Of a stretch of DNA of 64,000 nucleotides, positions 21,522 to 34,144 are shown piece after piece. How positions within the stretch are numbered: position 1 is the first letter of the stretch; every line of letters starts with the position of its first letter. Origin of the DNA: Lama guanicoe (taxonomy: Eukaryota); contig MU053216.1 in the NCBI GenBank assembly GCA_013239625.1, positions 2,134,943-2,198,942 on the forward strand, read 5' to 3'. A program made the translations under genes and the position numbers. The notes under the pieces were generated by a model that did not search any database, was not told the origin of the DNA, and saw only the letters and a list, made by a program, of their open reading frames with translations.

Positions 21522-23977
21522 TTTGAGTCTTCCAGTCCATAAGCAAATACATTTTTCCATTTTTTTAGTTCTCCTTTGATTTATTTTATCAGTATTTTAT
21601 AGTCTTCAGCATATGGATTCTGAACCTATTTTGTAAGATTTATACCTTTTTTTGTTTGTTTTTTGTGTTTTGTGTTTGTGGGGTTTTTTTGTTTGTTTGT
21701 TTTAGCTTTTCTGCTTTTGGTGATGCTGCATATGACACTTCAAAAATAAATCTGAATTCTAATTATTCATTGCTATTTTATAGAAATGCAATTTCTTCTT
21801 GTATATTGACCTTATGTTTTGTGATTTAGATAAACTCTCTTGTTAGTTCTTGTGAGTTTTGTAGATTATTTGGAATTCTTTTTTATAGCCTGTCATGTTG
21901 TCTGTTAATAGAAACACTTTTATTTCTTCCCTTGCTGTCCCAGTGCCTTCCTCCCCCTTTTCCTTCCTTACCGCATGGCTAGCGCTCAGTAGGAGTTGAG
22001 AGAAAGGGCGCCCTTGTCTTGTTCCCTGTCTTGGGTGGCATTCAGTGTTTTGTGACCAAGTATAATGTTAACTGTAGATTCCCTTTATCAAGTTTGGGAA
22101 ATTCTCTTCTATTCCCAGTTTGCTGAGGGTTTTTATAATGGATGGGTACTGAATTTTCTCAAATGCTTTTTCTGCATTTACTGAGATGATCACATGCCTT
22201 TTTTCTTTACTAATATGAACTACAGATTAATTTTTGAATATGGAATAAGCCTTATATTTCTGGGAAAAACTTGCTTAGTTGGTGTTTATTATTCTTTTTA
22301 TATATTGCTTGTTTTGACTGATAATATTTTGTTGACTATTTTGCATGTATGTTCATGAGGAACATTAGTCTTTACTTGTTTTTAATACAATGTTTTGGTT
22401 TGGTTTTGGCATTAGGGTAATGCTGGCTTCATAAACTGAGTTGCAGAGTCTTCCTTTTTCTGGAAGATGTTATGCAGAATTGTTACTATTTTTCCTTAAA
22501 TATTTGGTACAATTCACCAGTGAAATTATCTCAACTTGGAAATTTCTTTTTTTTGTTTTTTTGGGGGAAGTTTTAAACTACAACTTCAACTTCTTAGATT
22601 TAAGAATATTCAGATTATCTATTCCTCCTTGAGTGATGTTTTTAGTTTTTAAAGAATTGATCCTTTTCATCTGACTCGTTAAATTTATGGGCATAAAGTT
22701 TTTGGTAGTATCCCCTTAGTCACCTTTGAATGTCTCAGGTCTGTGGTCCCCTCTTTCGCTCTTGATTTGGTAATGTAGGTCTTCTCTGGTTTTTCTTTGT
22801 CAATTTGTCTAGCGGCTTAGCAACTTTATTAATCTTTTCAAATAATCAACTTTTGCTTTCCTTGACTTTCTCTATTGTTTTTCTCTTTTCAATTTTATTG
22901 ATTTCTTTATTATTTCCTTTTTATAATTTCCTTGCAATTAATATGCTTTCCTTTTTCTAGTTTCTTAAAGGAGATTACTGATTTGAGACTTTCTTTTTTT
23001 TTAACATACATTTTTGATACTATAAAATTCTCTCTCATCTCTGCTTTAGCTTCATGGTACACATTTTGATGTACTGCATTTTTATTATCTTTCAGTTTAA
23101 AATATTTTTGTTTCTTTTGAGATATTCTTTTTGACAGATGGGTTATTTAGAAGTCTGTTCTTTATTTTCCAGAAATTTGGTTTTTTCCCCAATACCTGTT
23201 ACAGATTTCTAGTTTAATCAATGTTATGTATATGAATATAAACATGATACATATATCCTGTCCAGACACACGTGCATATATCTTTAGCACGATGGGACGG
23301 GTCATAACATACTTCCCTTACCGCCTACTTCGCTTTACTCGGACCGTGTTGTCACGCAGATGTGCGTAGATCCGTATCAGTCTTTAAGTAACTACATTGT
23401 ATTCCATTGTATAGATGAAACCTCATTTAAACAATGACTCCACTGTTGATGGACATTTACATGATTCCATTTTTAACTATTAAAGACAATTCTACAACAG
23501 TGATGAATTGTAACATGTATTTGTATTCTTCAGGAATTTTTCCCACAAGATAAATTTTAAAAGTAACCTTGCTATGGAATAGAGCATTCATATTTTGAAT
23601 GTTGATAGGTGTTTACGGATTTCTCCCCAGAAAGGCCGTACCGGTCTCCACGAGCAGCAGCCGTGTGCGGGAGTGCCTGCTCCTGCCCCAGAGCATTTCC
23701 AGACACTGCTCTCCCCTGGAGCTTGCTCTCAGGGCAGAAAGACGCTGTTGAAACCTTTTGTATTGTTAAGGATTATGGCAGACGCGGTATTTGCCTCACG
23801 TCAGTTTGGCATTACCATTAAGAGAGTGGATGGAGATGAGTGAATTTCGACGCATGCAGACAAATGTCTCATTCAGGCTGAGGGTCTGAGAGCCGGCAGC
23901 GATGCAGTTGTCTGGCAGGAGGAGCTCAGAGGAGGGATGGCGTTTCAGAGAAAATGAAATGGCCCTTGTTAGTACCT

Positions 23978-24155
23978 GAATTTGGAGTCAGAAGACCAGG
24001 ATTTGAATCTCAGATATGCCATCATTACTAACTTGGTGACCTTGGTCAGTTTTTCCAATTTTCGTGTTGCTTACCTATAACAGGCTTATTGTAAGGACTA
24101 AATGAGGCAATTTATGTGACAGTTTTTAAGACTGGAATGCCTCATGCAAATGCAA
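23978..24155 (-). mobile_element. MIR SINE
   Basis: TTTGGAGTCAGAAGACCAGGATTTGAATCTCAG...GTGACCTTGG...GTAAGGACTAAATGAG. Confidence 0.8.
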
Positions 24156-26069
24156 GATAAAAGTGATAGTGTGTGAGATGAGTGTGAAAGAGAAGAGAAA
24201 ATTAACAGTGATCCCAGTATTTGAGCAAAGTGGTCCAGGAAGTGGAGGTTATTGGTGGAAGGAGATGATTAAATGAGACAGTGATGGGTTCGAGTTTGGA
24301 ACAGTTGGGTTTGAAGTTAACTACAGAGCTTCCACATGGAAATACCCAATAGCTAGTGGATACTAGTGAATTAGAATTAAGGCAATAAAGACTTGAAATG
24401 AATTTCCTCTTGGAAAACCTAGGAGTTGGCTCTCTGACCTCACAGCCCCTCCTCCAGTCTCTGGAGGATTAAGTAACTGACAGGCTGAACATTCTTTGCT
24501 TTACTCCCATTTTTCCAGAAAGGGCTGAGGAGGCCCACGGTGACCTCCTGTTAGCTGGAATCCGGCATCTTTCCAGACACAGCTTGCTTAGGGTCCTGTC
24601 TGGAGGTTAAAGCTCAGTTTGTAGGCTTGAAAAGAAGGCATCCTCTGTTTTTGCTTGAATTCCTTACTGATCGAAGAATTATCTAAAAGATACGGGTTAA
24701 GGTCATGGGGATTAAGACGGATGATAACCAAATCGTCGGTCGCTCGGTTGGTAACTCTTGGTCGTCTGTAGTGAGGAGAACGACGCTACTCCTGCCCTCA
24801 AGGAACCTTCCTTCTGGTGGTGAGAGAGTCGCGTCTGAGTTTAACCAGATGAAACTGGTGCTTTGTTAGGACTGTGCCCGGAACAGGGGAGAGAGGAGAG
24901 GGAACGGAGCGTGTGGTTGTTTCCACATTTCGGGGGAGGGAGGCAAATGATGGGAAGTTCTAGGGGGTTGTTGACTGAGCTGCATCTTAAGGGATAGTGT
25001 TTGTGGGTGCACAACAGGGACGACGTTTAAGGAAGAAAAAGCAGGAAGACTGACTACATGGATGTGAGGGATGTTTCCAAGTACTCAGGTGTGATGGCAT
25101 CGACAGGTGGGTCCTCCTGGCTGGAGGCCGGGGAGCAGGCTGCACCGGCCGGCCGTGTTGGAGTCCTGCTCTGCTGTGATGGTGGTCTCTACTCTCCCGA
25201 CCCCAAAGCCCGCCGTCTCCAGTCTTGATTTCTCCTGCATTCGAACGCTGGCCTGTCCTTTCACTCTGGCTGCAACCTTCCTCCACCTCCACTCAGTCCC
25301 GCACTCGCGATGCCTGGGAGCCAGATCGCCACCTGAGGGATTAGACCATCGGTTCATACTGGCCTTGCTGAGACACGATACGGTTCTGCCCGAGGTTTAC
25401 TGCGATACGCTGGATGAAGTGAAGACTTCTGAGTTTTGATGTTTACATGTTTAAAAGAAACGGGGGAAAACCCCATACCTTAACTCCTAGAAAAGGAATC
25501 AATATGCGCCACGCCCCCCCAGCACAGTGTAATATGACTTACGTGATACTGTAGCCCAAGAAGCCTGAACTTACTGAAAATACTGCGTAACTGCTTAATA
25601 ACTCAGATGGAGCACTTGCTCCTGGTGACGCCTGAAGACTGACGGGCACCCGGCGAAAAGGGAACAGTTCCGTCTCAGCATCTCCAGTCATGCGCCGGCT
25701 TCGGGCTGCCTGCAGTTGCTCCGGACCCTCTCTTTCAGGTTCTCCCCTCCACCCCTGTCTAAATGCTCCACTCTTTCTCATTGCTTGCTTTCCTTTAACG
25801 CGTCATCTTAAGTCTCAGTGACTTGCTTATCACCCTGTGCACACTCCGATTTGCTGTGCTTTGTTTTTTCATCCCAAGGAAATGCCACTTGCTGATTATG
25901 CACGTTATTTTGACTTCCTGGCATCATTTGGACTGTAGTCTTCTCTCCTACAAATAGAGGCAGCCTTTCTTTTAATGTATGTTTTTTAAATAAAACAAGA
26001 GCACAAAGTGTATTTGCTCTTTAGGTCATCAGTCGGCGTGAGCCGTTCCCAGCTGCCTACTCAGACAAG

Positions 26070-26185
26070 GTCCTACAACAGGGTGGCTTCTGACCTAATT
26101 CCCTCCCAGACACCAAATCCAGTCACGCTGGGGTTACAGCCTCAACGTGTGAGTGGGGTTGGGGGTTGGAAATTCAGTCCCTGGC
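26070..26185. mobile_element. MLT1 (MaLR) LTR terminal fragment
   Basis: CCAAATCCAGTCACGCTGGGGTTACAGCCTCAACGTGTGAGTGGGG...AATTCAGTCCCTGGCA. Confidence 0.6.
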
Positions 26186-27199
26186 AGGTGTTTTATTCAT
26201 CTGTGTGTCTTGGGCACCCAGCACAGTTCCCAGGAGCAGACCCCATGGTTTGCATTGACTATGCATTGTTTAATGGGTTTAGGTCTTTTGATGACATTGG
26301 GGAAAATGGTAAAAATCAGAAACTTTGGTAATTGGATAATGATGAAGTGAGAGAAAAATATGTCCGAGCATTTTTGGGTAAAAAAAAAATGGAGGGGGCT
26401 AGGATTTGATTAGGAGAGAGCAAGCCTGGATTAAAATGCACAGATATACTCAGGGAGCCAACGGCCCTGATGCCCCTCTAGGCAAGGGCGTGACTTGAGG
26501 ACAGTAGCTCGCCCGCTGTCCCTTGCTGTTTGACAATGTTAACGGGCAGGAAGCCAGTAACGATTTATAAACCGCTGTCGGAGCTGAAGCTGACGTGGCC
26601 CCGACCCCACCGGACGTGCAGAGTGGGCAGGAGGTCTCGGTGGGGAGGGGCTTTCCTTCGTGCCTGTTCCCACCTCACACATTGTTCCGCTTCCAAGCTC
26701 CCCAGCTCCCTTATTTCTGACAACACAGAGCCTGAGGTTGACCTGTGGGGGGAGCCTTTGCGGCCGGTTGCAGATGAAACACAGGCTGCTCCGTGAAACT
26801 GAAGTTCAGATGGAGAAAGGAGGGTCTTGCAGGATGAGTACGTTTCACGTGACGCTTGGGGTCAACGCGTATTTTGGAATTTCTCTTTATTTACCGAAGT
26901 CCAAATGTCACTGGGGTGTCTCTGCCGCTCCACTTACCACCCACGTTGCTTTCAGAAGACGTCGTTAACTAGCTCGGATGCACAAAGCTCCTGGGTTGCC
27001 TCTCAGCACCGCGCGGGAAGCCTGTAGGCTTAAAGCCAAGCACAGGTGGGGACAGTTCTGTTGTTATTAGATGCTCTGAGTTGATGTGTGATCGTTTCAA
27101 AGGTGACACTCTTTATGTTGCTGTTTTGAGAACGGATGGACTTTTTAAAAAAGAGATGTCACCGTAGATTTGAAAGAGGGAACCCGGTAAATCACAGAA

Positions 27200-28050
27200 C
27201 GAACCAGCCGGAAGGAAGCGGAGCCCTGGGTCAGGCCCCGTCGTTTCAGGGCAAAGGCGCTGAACCGGCAGAGCGGACTGAAACCGCGGGGTCAGACGTG
27301 GGAGGCCGGTTACCTCGCTCAACAGCGCGGGCGCGCGCAGGTGGCTTCGGCCTCTGCGCTTCGGTTTCCTGCTTCGGCCACGGGGACTCCGAGTCTGGAA
27401 AGGCCCCGAGCTGCTCCCCGCTCGCCCGCAGCAGCTGGGCCGCCGCCAGGCCTGCCCGCCCGGCCCGGGCCACCGCGGCCGCCCTGCGTCGCTGAGGCGA
27501 CCGTCGCGTCTGTTCCTCCCCGCGGGCGGGCACCGAGCGCCCCACCTCGGTGCGGTGAACCAGCAGCTGGAACTCGGCCCCGCCGGCCAGAATGCGTGGG
27601 CAAGAGCAAGTGACACTGCTCATAAAAACAGGCAGACAGAAGCCTAGGGCGTCCGTGTCGGGGGCCGGAGTGCGCTCCCCTCGGGAGCCCTGCCCGGGTC
27701 GTCCGGGCACCTCGTGACCAGGGAAGCCCCTTGGGTGCTGCTGCCGCCTCAAAACTCCAAAACGCCGATTCTTCTCAGCACGAGATGCTCGCTCATCCGC
27801 CGTGTCCCTCGTGCTCCCGGCCCTGCTGCCGTCGCGTCCTGGGAGGCGGCGCTTCTCACTGCGCGGCCCGAGCCGGTGGCCCTGCGCCGGGCACGCGATG
27901 CGGACGCGCGGGCCCCGTGCGCCTGAGGCTGGAGGCGGAGCCCGGCGGCCGTGCTGGTGACGCGGGAGGGTGTGGGGGCGCCTGGCCGACGTCCGGGGAC
28001 CCCGGCCCGGGGCTTCGCCCCGCGAGCCCTCAGGTCCGCCTGCTTCTCGC
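27200..28050. promoter_or_regulatory. CpG island; candidate internal or bidirectional promoter
   Basis: About 850 bp of GC- and CpG-dense non-repeat sequence, with ETS-like CCGGAAG (~27208) and a minus-strand donor GAG|GTAACC at 27313. Confidence 0.8.
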
Positions 28051-28212
28051 TGGTCTGATCACGGTGCAGTTCATCTGTCTGTCTTTGCCTCCTCTAGACG
28101 ATTGCAATTTGAGGACGCTCAGAAATTGTTTTTTTAAAAAACTGCGTATGTTTTATTTATTCTGTCTAGTGTTTATAGCCATGTGTTTTTAATCTCATTC
28201 TAATAGTTAATT

Positions 28213-28451
28213 AAATTTTTTTTTTGTTTGAGTGTAGTTGATTTACAGTGTTAGTTTCAGGTGGACAGCAAAGTGGTTCAGTTACACGTACACATAACGT
28301 GTATACATAGCTTCTTTTCAGATTCTTTTCCGTTATATGTTATTACAAGATATTGAATATAGTTCCCTGTGCTATAGGTCCTTGTTGTTCACCTAGTTTA
28401 GATATAGTAGTGTGTATCTTTTCATCCGTAACCTCTAATTTATCCCTCCCC
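28213..28451 (-). mobile_element. Short L1 3' end
   Basis: GTAGTTGATTTACAGTGTTAGTTTCAGGTGGACAGCAAAGTG...GAATATAGTTCCCTGTGCTATA...CTAATTTATCCCTCCCC. Confidence 0.9.
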
Positions 28452-28514
28452 AGAAGTTAAGTCACAATACGGGAAGGAGGGACACCCCAACCTTTCAGTG
28501 CAGAGGAAGGGCGG

Positions 28515-28700
28515 CTATTGTGCTAGACAGCCTTACACACGTTAGCCCATTAAATGTTCACAGCAACCCTGTGTGGTTGGTATCATCCCACTTTGATAAT
28601 GAAACTGAAATTCAGAGATGTCAAGTCATTTGTCTAAGCTCACACAGCTCCAAAGTAGTAGAGCAGAGATTTAAGGCCAGTTTGACGTCCAATCTTATCA
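28515..28700 (+). mobile_element. MIR SINE
   Basis: TTCACAGCAACCCTGTG...ATCCCACTTTGATAATGAAACTGAAATTCAGAGATGTCAAGTCATTTGTCTAAGCTCACACAGCT. Confidence 0.8.
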
Positions 28701-30311
28701 AGATACAGAGAGTCCAGCTTTTCTACTAGGAACTCCATGAAATGGGACAGACCTCAAGATTCGCAGGGACTGGGGAGAAGTGAGCTGAGAAGTTTCTCAA
28801 GCTTGATGGAGGTGAAGGAACTGCAGGTGGGGAGGGGCAGCTGCCAGGGGAGCCCCAGGTGCAGGGGATTCTGCACCCGCATCTCCAGGTGGGGGAGGAG
28901 TAGGCTACACACACACACATTGCTCACAGCCAAGTTTAAAACAATTTAAATGAAGCAGAGCATTCACTTAGAGATGCTTGAGGAAACCAGGCACGTATCA
29001 TCTGTGTCTGCAGCGAAAGGGAAGAAAATATTTATCCTTTGCAGGCTGTGAGCACTTGGGCACCGTGCGATGCTGTTGCCTCGCGGAAGAGCTAAAGAAT
29101 ACATCGAATACCTTAGAGAGATTAATTTCCCCAGGAAAAAAAAAAACAAAAAACAAAGGAAGATCCTCTGATTACATTTAAATATTTCCTTGCCAGTGCT
29201 TGGGGGAATTCAAGCGTTCTTGCAGAGGAAAGCTTTTGTGCCCGGGAGGATGGAGACCGGGAGGGGCGGGCGAGAGGAAGGGGTGTTTCAATAGCTGCAC
29301 AGGTGCAACAGTTTGGAGTGAGTGATGACCTTACAAATGACCCTGGCACAGAGCAGAGGAAGCCCAAGGAGAAGATGAATTGAATTACAGCTACAGTGTG
29401 TGTGCGTCTTATTTCTGCTGTGGAGTCTAAATGGATTGTGGGGCTGGCTCGCCAGCTGGGGTAAGGTCACAGCGTTGAGGAAACGGGAGGGGATGTGGAT
29501 GAACAGTTTTCTGGGTGGGGAACAGGCTTCAGGTTGTGGGCTCTTGCTTGGGGTCTGGATGGGCTCAGTGTGTAACCTCCCTTGTCTAAGAGCAGCCTCA
29601 CTGTTTTTCATACTAGGCTAAGACTGGCACTGGAAGCGGTCACTTTAAGACAATAGAAGGTAAATTGGGACATTGGGATAAGGCAGAGAATGTGAGCTTT
29701 GTAACACGATTTCTTACTAAGATAATTGCCAACAGGATTTTTTTCCTGCAGGGCACTGAGAAAATAATTGAGGTTTTAAGTGAAATGACTATCCAGATAG
29801 CTTTTATACAGCAATGAATATTGCTAAAAATATTTCTTTGTGGATAAATTTTATGATACAGGCAAAATTTTCTAATATCATCCATGTGATTTCATATTTC
29901 CTTGGAATGTTAATCAAATTAGTAAGAGACATGAACAAGCTGATATCCAAACATTTGCCTCATCTCTTAAAAGCATGAGTTAATTTAGGTCATTACAACT
30001 TTGCGTTACCCAAGTTGCTCAGTCTCTTAGGTATTTATTCAATTACCTATTTGATCCTATTATGTAATAGCTTGTGTCCACGTATCCCTTTGCCTTTTGA
30101 ATTAAATATTTTAATGTTTTCTGCAATGTCCCTTTGGATAATTTGGCAGGAAGCAGCCTCCTATATCTCAAGGCCTAGCAAACACGGTTCTAGTTCTGAC
30201 AATGTATGCTAAACTTCTAAAAAAAAAAGTAGGGAGAGGTGCTGTGGGATAAAACCAAAAAGTAAACATAGGATGGGCAATAACACTAACAGTTTAAAAA
30301 CCTGTGAACGT

Positions 30312-31195
30312 TTTTTCCTTTTTATTTATTTTTTATAAAACTTTTTAAAGGTTACACTCCATGTATAGACATTACAGAGTATTTCGCGTGCTCCCTGTGT
30401 TGTGTGAGGCATCCCTGGGCCCATGTGATACCCAGTGGTCTGGGCCTCCCACTCCCCAGCCTTGCTTTGCGCCTCCCGCCCCCTCCCCGCTGTGACCGCG
30501 AGCTTGCTCTCTGGATCTGGGAGTCTGCTGCTTTCTTGTTACATTCCCTGGTTTGCTGTGGGTTTAGATGCTGCCTGTGAGTGATGTCACACAGGAGCTG
30601 TCTTCCTCGGGCTTCTTTCACTTAGTATAATGTCCTCCAAGTCCATCTGCCTTGCTGCAGATGAGACTATTTTACTGTTTGTTATGGCTGAGTGCCATCC
30701 CATTGTGTGAATACACCACGTCTTCTTTACCCAGCCGTCTGTTGATGGACACCTCCCTCGCCAATTGTAGGCAGTGCTGCTGTGAGCACTGGGTACGTGT
30801 ATCTTTTTGAATTAATAGTTGTATCTTTCTGAGGCATAGATCTAGGAGTGGAGTTGCTGAGTCATACGATTGTTCTTAGTGTTTGAGAACCCCCCGCACC
30901 GCTCTCCACAGTGGCTGCACAGTTTACTTCCCCACCAGCAGTGCAGGAAGGTTCCCTTTCTCCACACCCTCTCCAGCGTTTGTTATTTGTAGACTTTTGA
31001 ATGATGGCCATTCTGACTGGCGTGAGGGGTACCTCATTGTAGTTTTGATCTGCATTTCTCTCATAATTAGTGATGCTGAGCATCTTTTCATGGGCCTGCT
31101 GACCATCTCAGTGTCTTCTTTGGAGAAATGTCTATTTAGGTGTTTTGCCCATTTTTTGAATGGGATGTTCTTTTTTTGATACTGAACTGTATAAG
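30312..31195 (-). mobile_element. 5'-truncated L1 with a degenerate ORF2 C-terminus
   Basis: Minus-strand ORFs give [21 protein letters not shown] and [32 protein letters not shown], matching the L1 ORF2p C-terminal region (frameshifted). The 3' UTR and A tail follow. Confidence 0.95.
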
Positions 31196-32448
31196 GTCAA
31201 ACTAACACTTCTTCCAAGAGGCTCCTGTGTGGTGTGGGCGTTTGGGAGTGGGGCTAGGGGATGAGAAGTGTGAGTAGAGGCAACACAAGGAGAAATCTGG
31301 GGTCACATCCTTGAGTGGCATCGGCTGTGTGAGGAGGGAAAATTATAAACTTTAGATCACAAAAGCCAGGGGTCAGGGTTTTCAGAGACTGACACAATTG
31401 ACAACATGTATTTACCTCTTTCTAGCTTCAAGAACAACTGACATGTTACAGCTAGTCATCTGGAAGCATTTCCATTATTTTAAGGAAAAGAACGTGTTTT
31501 CATCTTAGAATCACAAAATGGCAGAGCTAGAGGAAAATGTGAGGTTGCCTGAATGAATTCAGTTTCTTAATTTGACTGCCAATGAAATCAAGGCTTTCCC
31601 AAAGATCTTTAAGGGCCTGATTATAATTGTGCCCCCCTTTTATTTAGGGTTGTGTGGAATGCTTGGTCTTACGGCGAGATTGCAGAGCCGACCCATGGTG
31701 ACAACTACCATGTTGAACTGGGCGGGGGTGACCTGAGAGCTGGGTGAACGGTTGTTTTACTGCCTTTCCAGCAACAGTAAGAGCCGTACATGGTGTTTTC
31801 CTGTGAGAACCCTAGAAAACTTTTCCTACAAACCTCACTCACACTGTTTTGCTGAGATGAGGACTCCAGGCATCTGAGAGAAAAGAACTAATTGTGGTTT
31901 TGGTGGCAGCAGCCCAGGATGCTTTGTCACGTTAAGCTGATTTCACCAGGAACGTGCTACTTCCACTGTAACCATCACTTCTGAGGGGGAAGGAAGGGTG
32001 CTCTTAGGAATATTCTAAGTGTTATGTATGTAAGAAGCTTCCTGCTTTCTGCTTCCCTGGCTCCACAAGATAAGTCTTTCAAAACATTTCTCTCTGCAAT
32101 TATTAGCCTATCCCTCTTTCTTTTTTTAAAATCATTACTTATTCATTTATTTTATTTATTAAATTTTTTTCCTAAAATTGAAGTCCCTCTTTCTTGTAAA
32201 CTGATTAAAAATGCCCCCAACCCAGTTGTCCTCAGCTAACAACGACGCTTGGAAAAAGCCCACATTCCATGGACGGCTGGAGTCCTTGCTAGAGCAGAGC
32301 AGTGGCTTTTCTAGGCACAGGGCTTCGGTCACATCGTGTCCGGCCCCGGGTGCCTCTGTGGTGTATCCGTGCTGATCCGGGAGAGGCGCGGCAGGCCTTC
32401 CGTCCGCGTCGGCCGGGGGTGGGCGTGTGGGCCGAAGCTAGCTGCAGG

Positions 32449-32467
32449 ACTGACATCTAGTGGGGGC
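32449..32467 (-). promoter_or_regulatory. Candidate CTCF site in a small CpG cluster
   Basis: The minus strand reads CCCCCACTAGATGTCAGT, close to the CTCF core CCACTAGATGGCAG; it lies within the GC-rich patch 32330-32495. Confidence 0.45.
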
Positions 32468-33290
32468 CAGCCAGCGGTGCTGCTCCCGGCGGTGGAGGTT
32501 TCTTTCTTCCCCTCTTTAGAAGATTATTTATATGGAAGAAAATCACATTTGAGGAAACCATTGTCTTAAATACACAGTTATAACACTAGACAGTAGTAAA
32601 ATGATAGAAATGGGAAACTTCTGCAAATGTGGAAAATGCACTTTATGGACCTTTTGAAAGAGTGCCGAGTAGCCTGGAGTGGAAAAAAGACCACATACCA
32701 GAAGTTAGTTTTACTGAGTTTGTTGGAAAGGACTGAAATACAGCGACACGGTAGTGAAAGCTGATGAGATACGTAAACAGCCACACGGAGCTGGAAGTCT
32801 TGTTGTTCTCATTTTACCTGCAATTTCTTTTTCGATATTCACTTACTGGCTTGAGAGATACATTGAAAAAGTCCTCGTCTGCTATCCTGACATGAAACAG
32901 CACTTGCGATTGTGCCACAGTGTGGAAACCCTGCTACTGTTCTGAGACTCAAATACTGAGAATTGACCAGCAGAATGAATTTTAAATTATTTGTTTTTAT
33001 TTTGACTGCCAGAAAAAATTTCATTTATTACTATAAAAATATGCAAAAGAATTGACCATGTCAATAGGAAATTTTAAGCACAGAATGTTTTGTGAACAAG
33101 TGCCTGTTTTATTACCATTAAGGTATCGGAATCCAGATAATTATGGGAATATAATGCAGATTATAAAGTTGTACGCTGATCTTTAGGAAAAAGTCCTGGC
33201 CATCCTTATTTAAGGAGTTAATGGACATACAGAAACAACAGACTGAACAAGGCAGTCAATTTGCAGGATGCCATTCCTGGTCAAAGTAGT

Positions 33291-33414
33291 TTAAAAATTC
33301 CTTTTATTGAAGTATAGTCGATTTACAATGTTGTGTTAATTTCTGAGGTACAGCATAGTGTTTCAGTTGTGCGTTTATATTCCTTTTTGCATTCTTTTTC
33401 ATTATAGATTATTA
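33291..33414 (-). mobile_element. Very short L1 3' end with a perfect 14-bp TSD
   Basis: TSD CTGGTCAAAGTAGT at 33277-33290 and 33415-33428; body TTGAAGTATAGTCGATTTACAATGTTGTGTT. Confidence 0.92.
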
Positions 33415-33684
33415 CTGGTCAAAGTAGTCTTTAACTGTAAATAATAAAAGATTCAAAAGAAGTTTTTTTGATGTATAATCTGGTAGATTGAAGAAATTTT
33501 TTTGAAGGAAATTATTTCCCTCCTCACCCCCTCTCCTCTCCTAGGCTGTGTGACATTTCCAGCAGAGAGAGAGCATTGTTTTAAAGGACATTTTGTCAGT
33601 GAGAGCTGCCCAGCTGTGAAAATTGCGTTGTGTGGGACAGGCAGACACCATAGAATAGTATTCATAATAAGAAAATAAAATGTT

Positions 33685-33790
33685 ATATGTCCATGAATGA
33701 CTGAAAAATTGTGCTGAACACTGGAATTTGACACAACACTGTAAAATGATTATGAATCAATAAAAAATGTAAAAAAAAATAAAAAAAAAG
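33685..33790 (+). mobile_element. Very short L1 3' end with A tail
   Basis: ATGACTGAAAAATTGTGCTGAACACTGGAATTTGACACAACACTGTAAAATGATTATGAATCAATAAAAAA. TSD-like AAGAAAATAAAATGTT / AAGAAAAGAAAATGTT. Confidence 0.85.
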
Positions 33791-34144
33791 AAAAGAAAAT
33801 GTTGCTGAAAACTCAGGGCAGATAACTCCTGTTTCTCTTTATGACTATCAGCGGGTCGGATAGACCTCATTCCTGACCCTCGGGAGCATCATTTTCTCTA
33901 GAATGGCCAGGTGGAGCTGCCCACGGTCGAAATTCTTAGCAGGGGTAAAGAAGTGGCGAAAGTTGAAAGAATTTTTACAAGCTGTTTCCCACTGGCTGGG
34001 AAGGAAGGGGCTGCAAGTTTGCTAGCTGTGTCTTTTATATTCATTCATGCATTGATCCTGAGAAAGGCCTCCTTGGTGACGCTGTGGCCAGGCTGATGGT
34101 TTATATTGCAATTATAAATCCGGGCCATTATTCGTCCTCCTGTT

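Larger units (their letters stand above)
19635..23680 (-). mobile_element. Composite of old L1M (L1MC/MD/ME-like) fragments, interrupted by an LTR and an AT-rich expansion
   Basis: Long T-rich stretch with reverse-strand L1 motifs: TTTGTAGTAAGTCTTGAAATC, TGTATATTGACCTT, TCTATTCCCAGTTTGCTGAG, GGGTAATGCTGGCTTCATAAA, AATTCACCAGTGAA. Confidence 0.85.
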
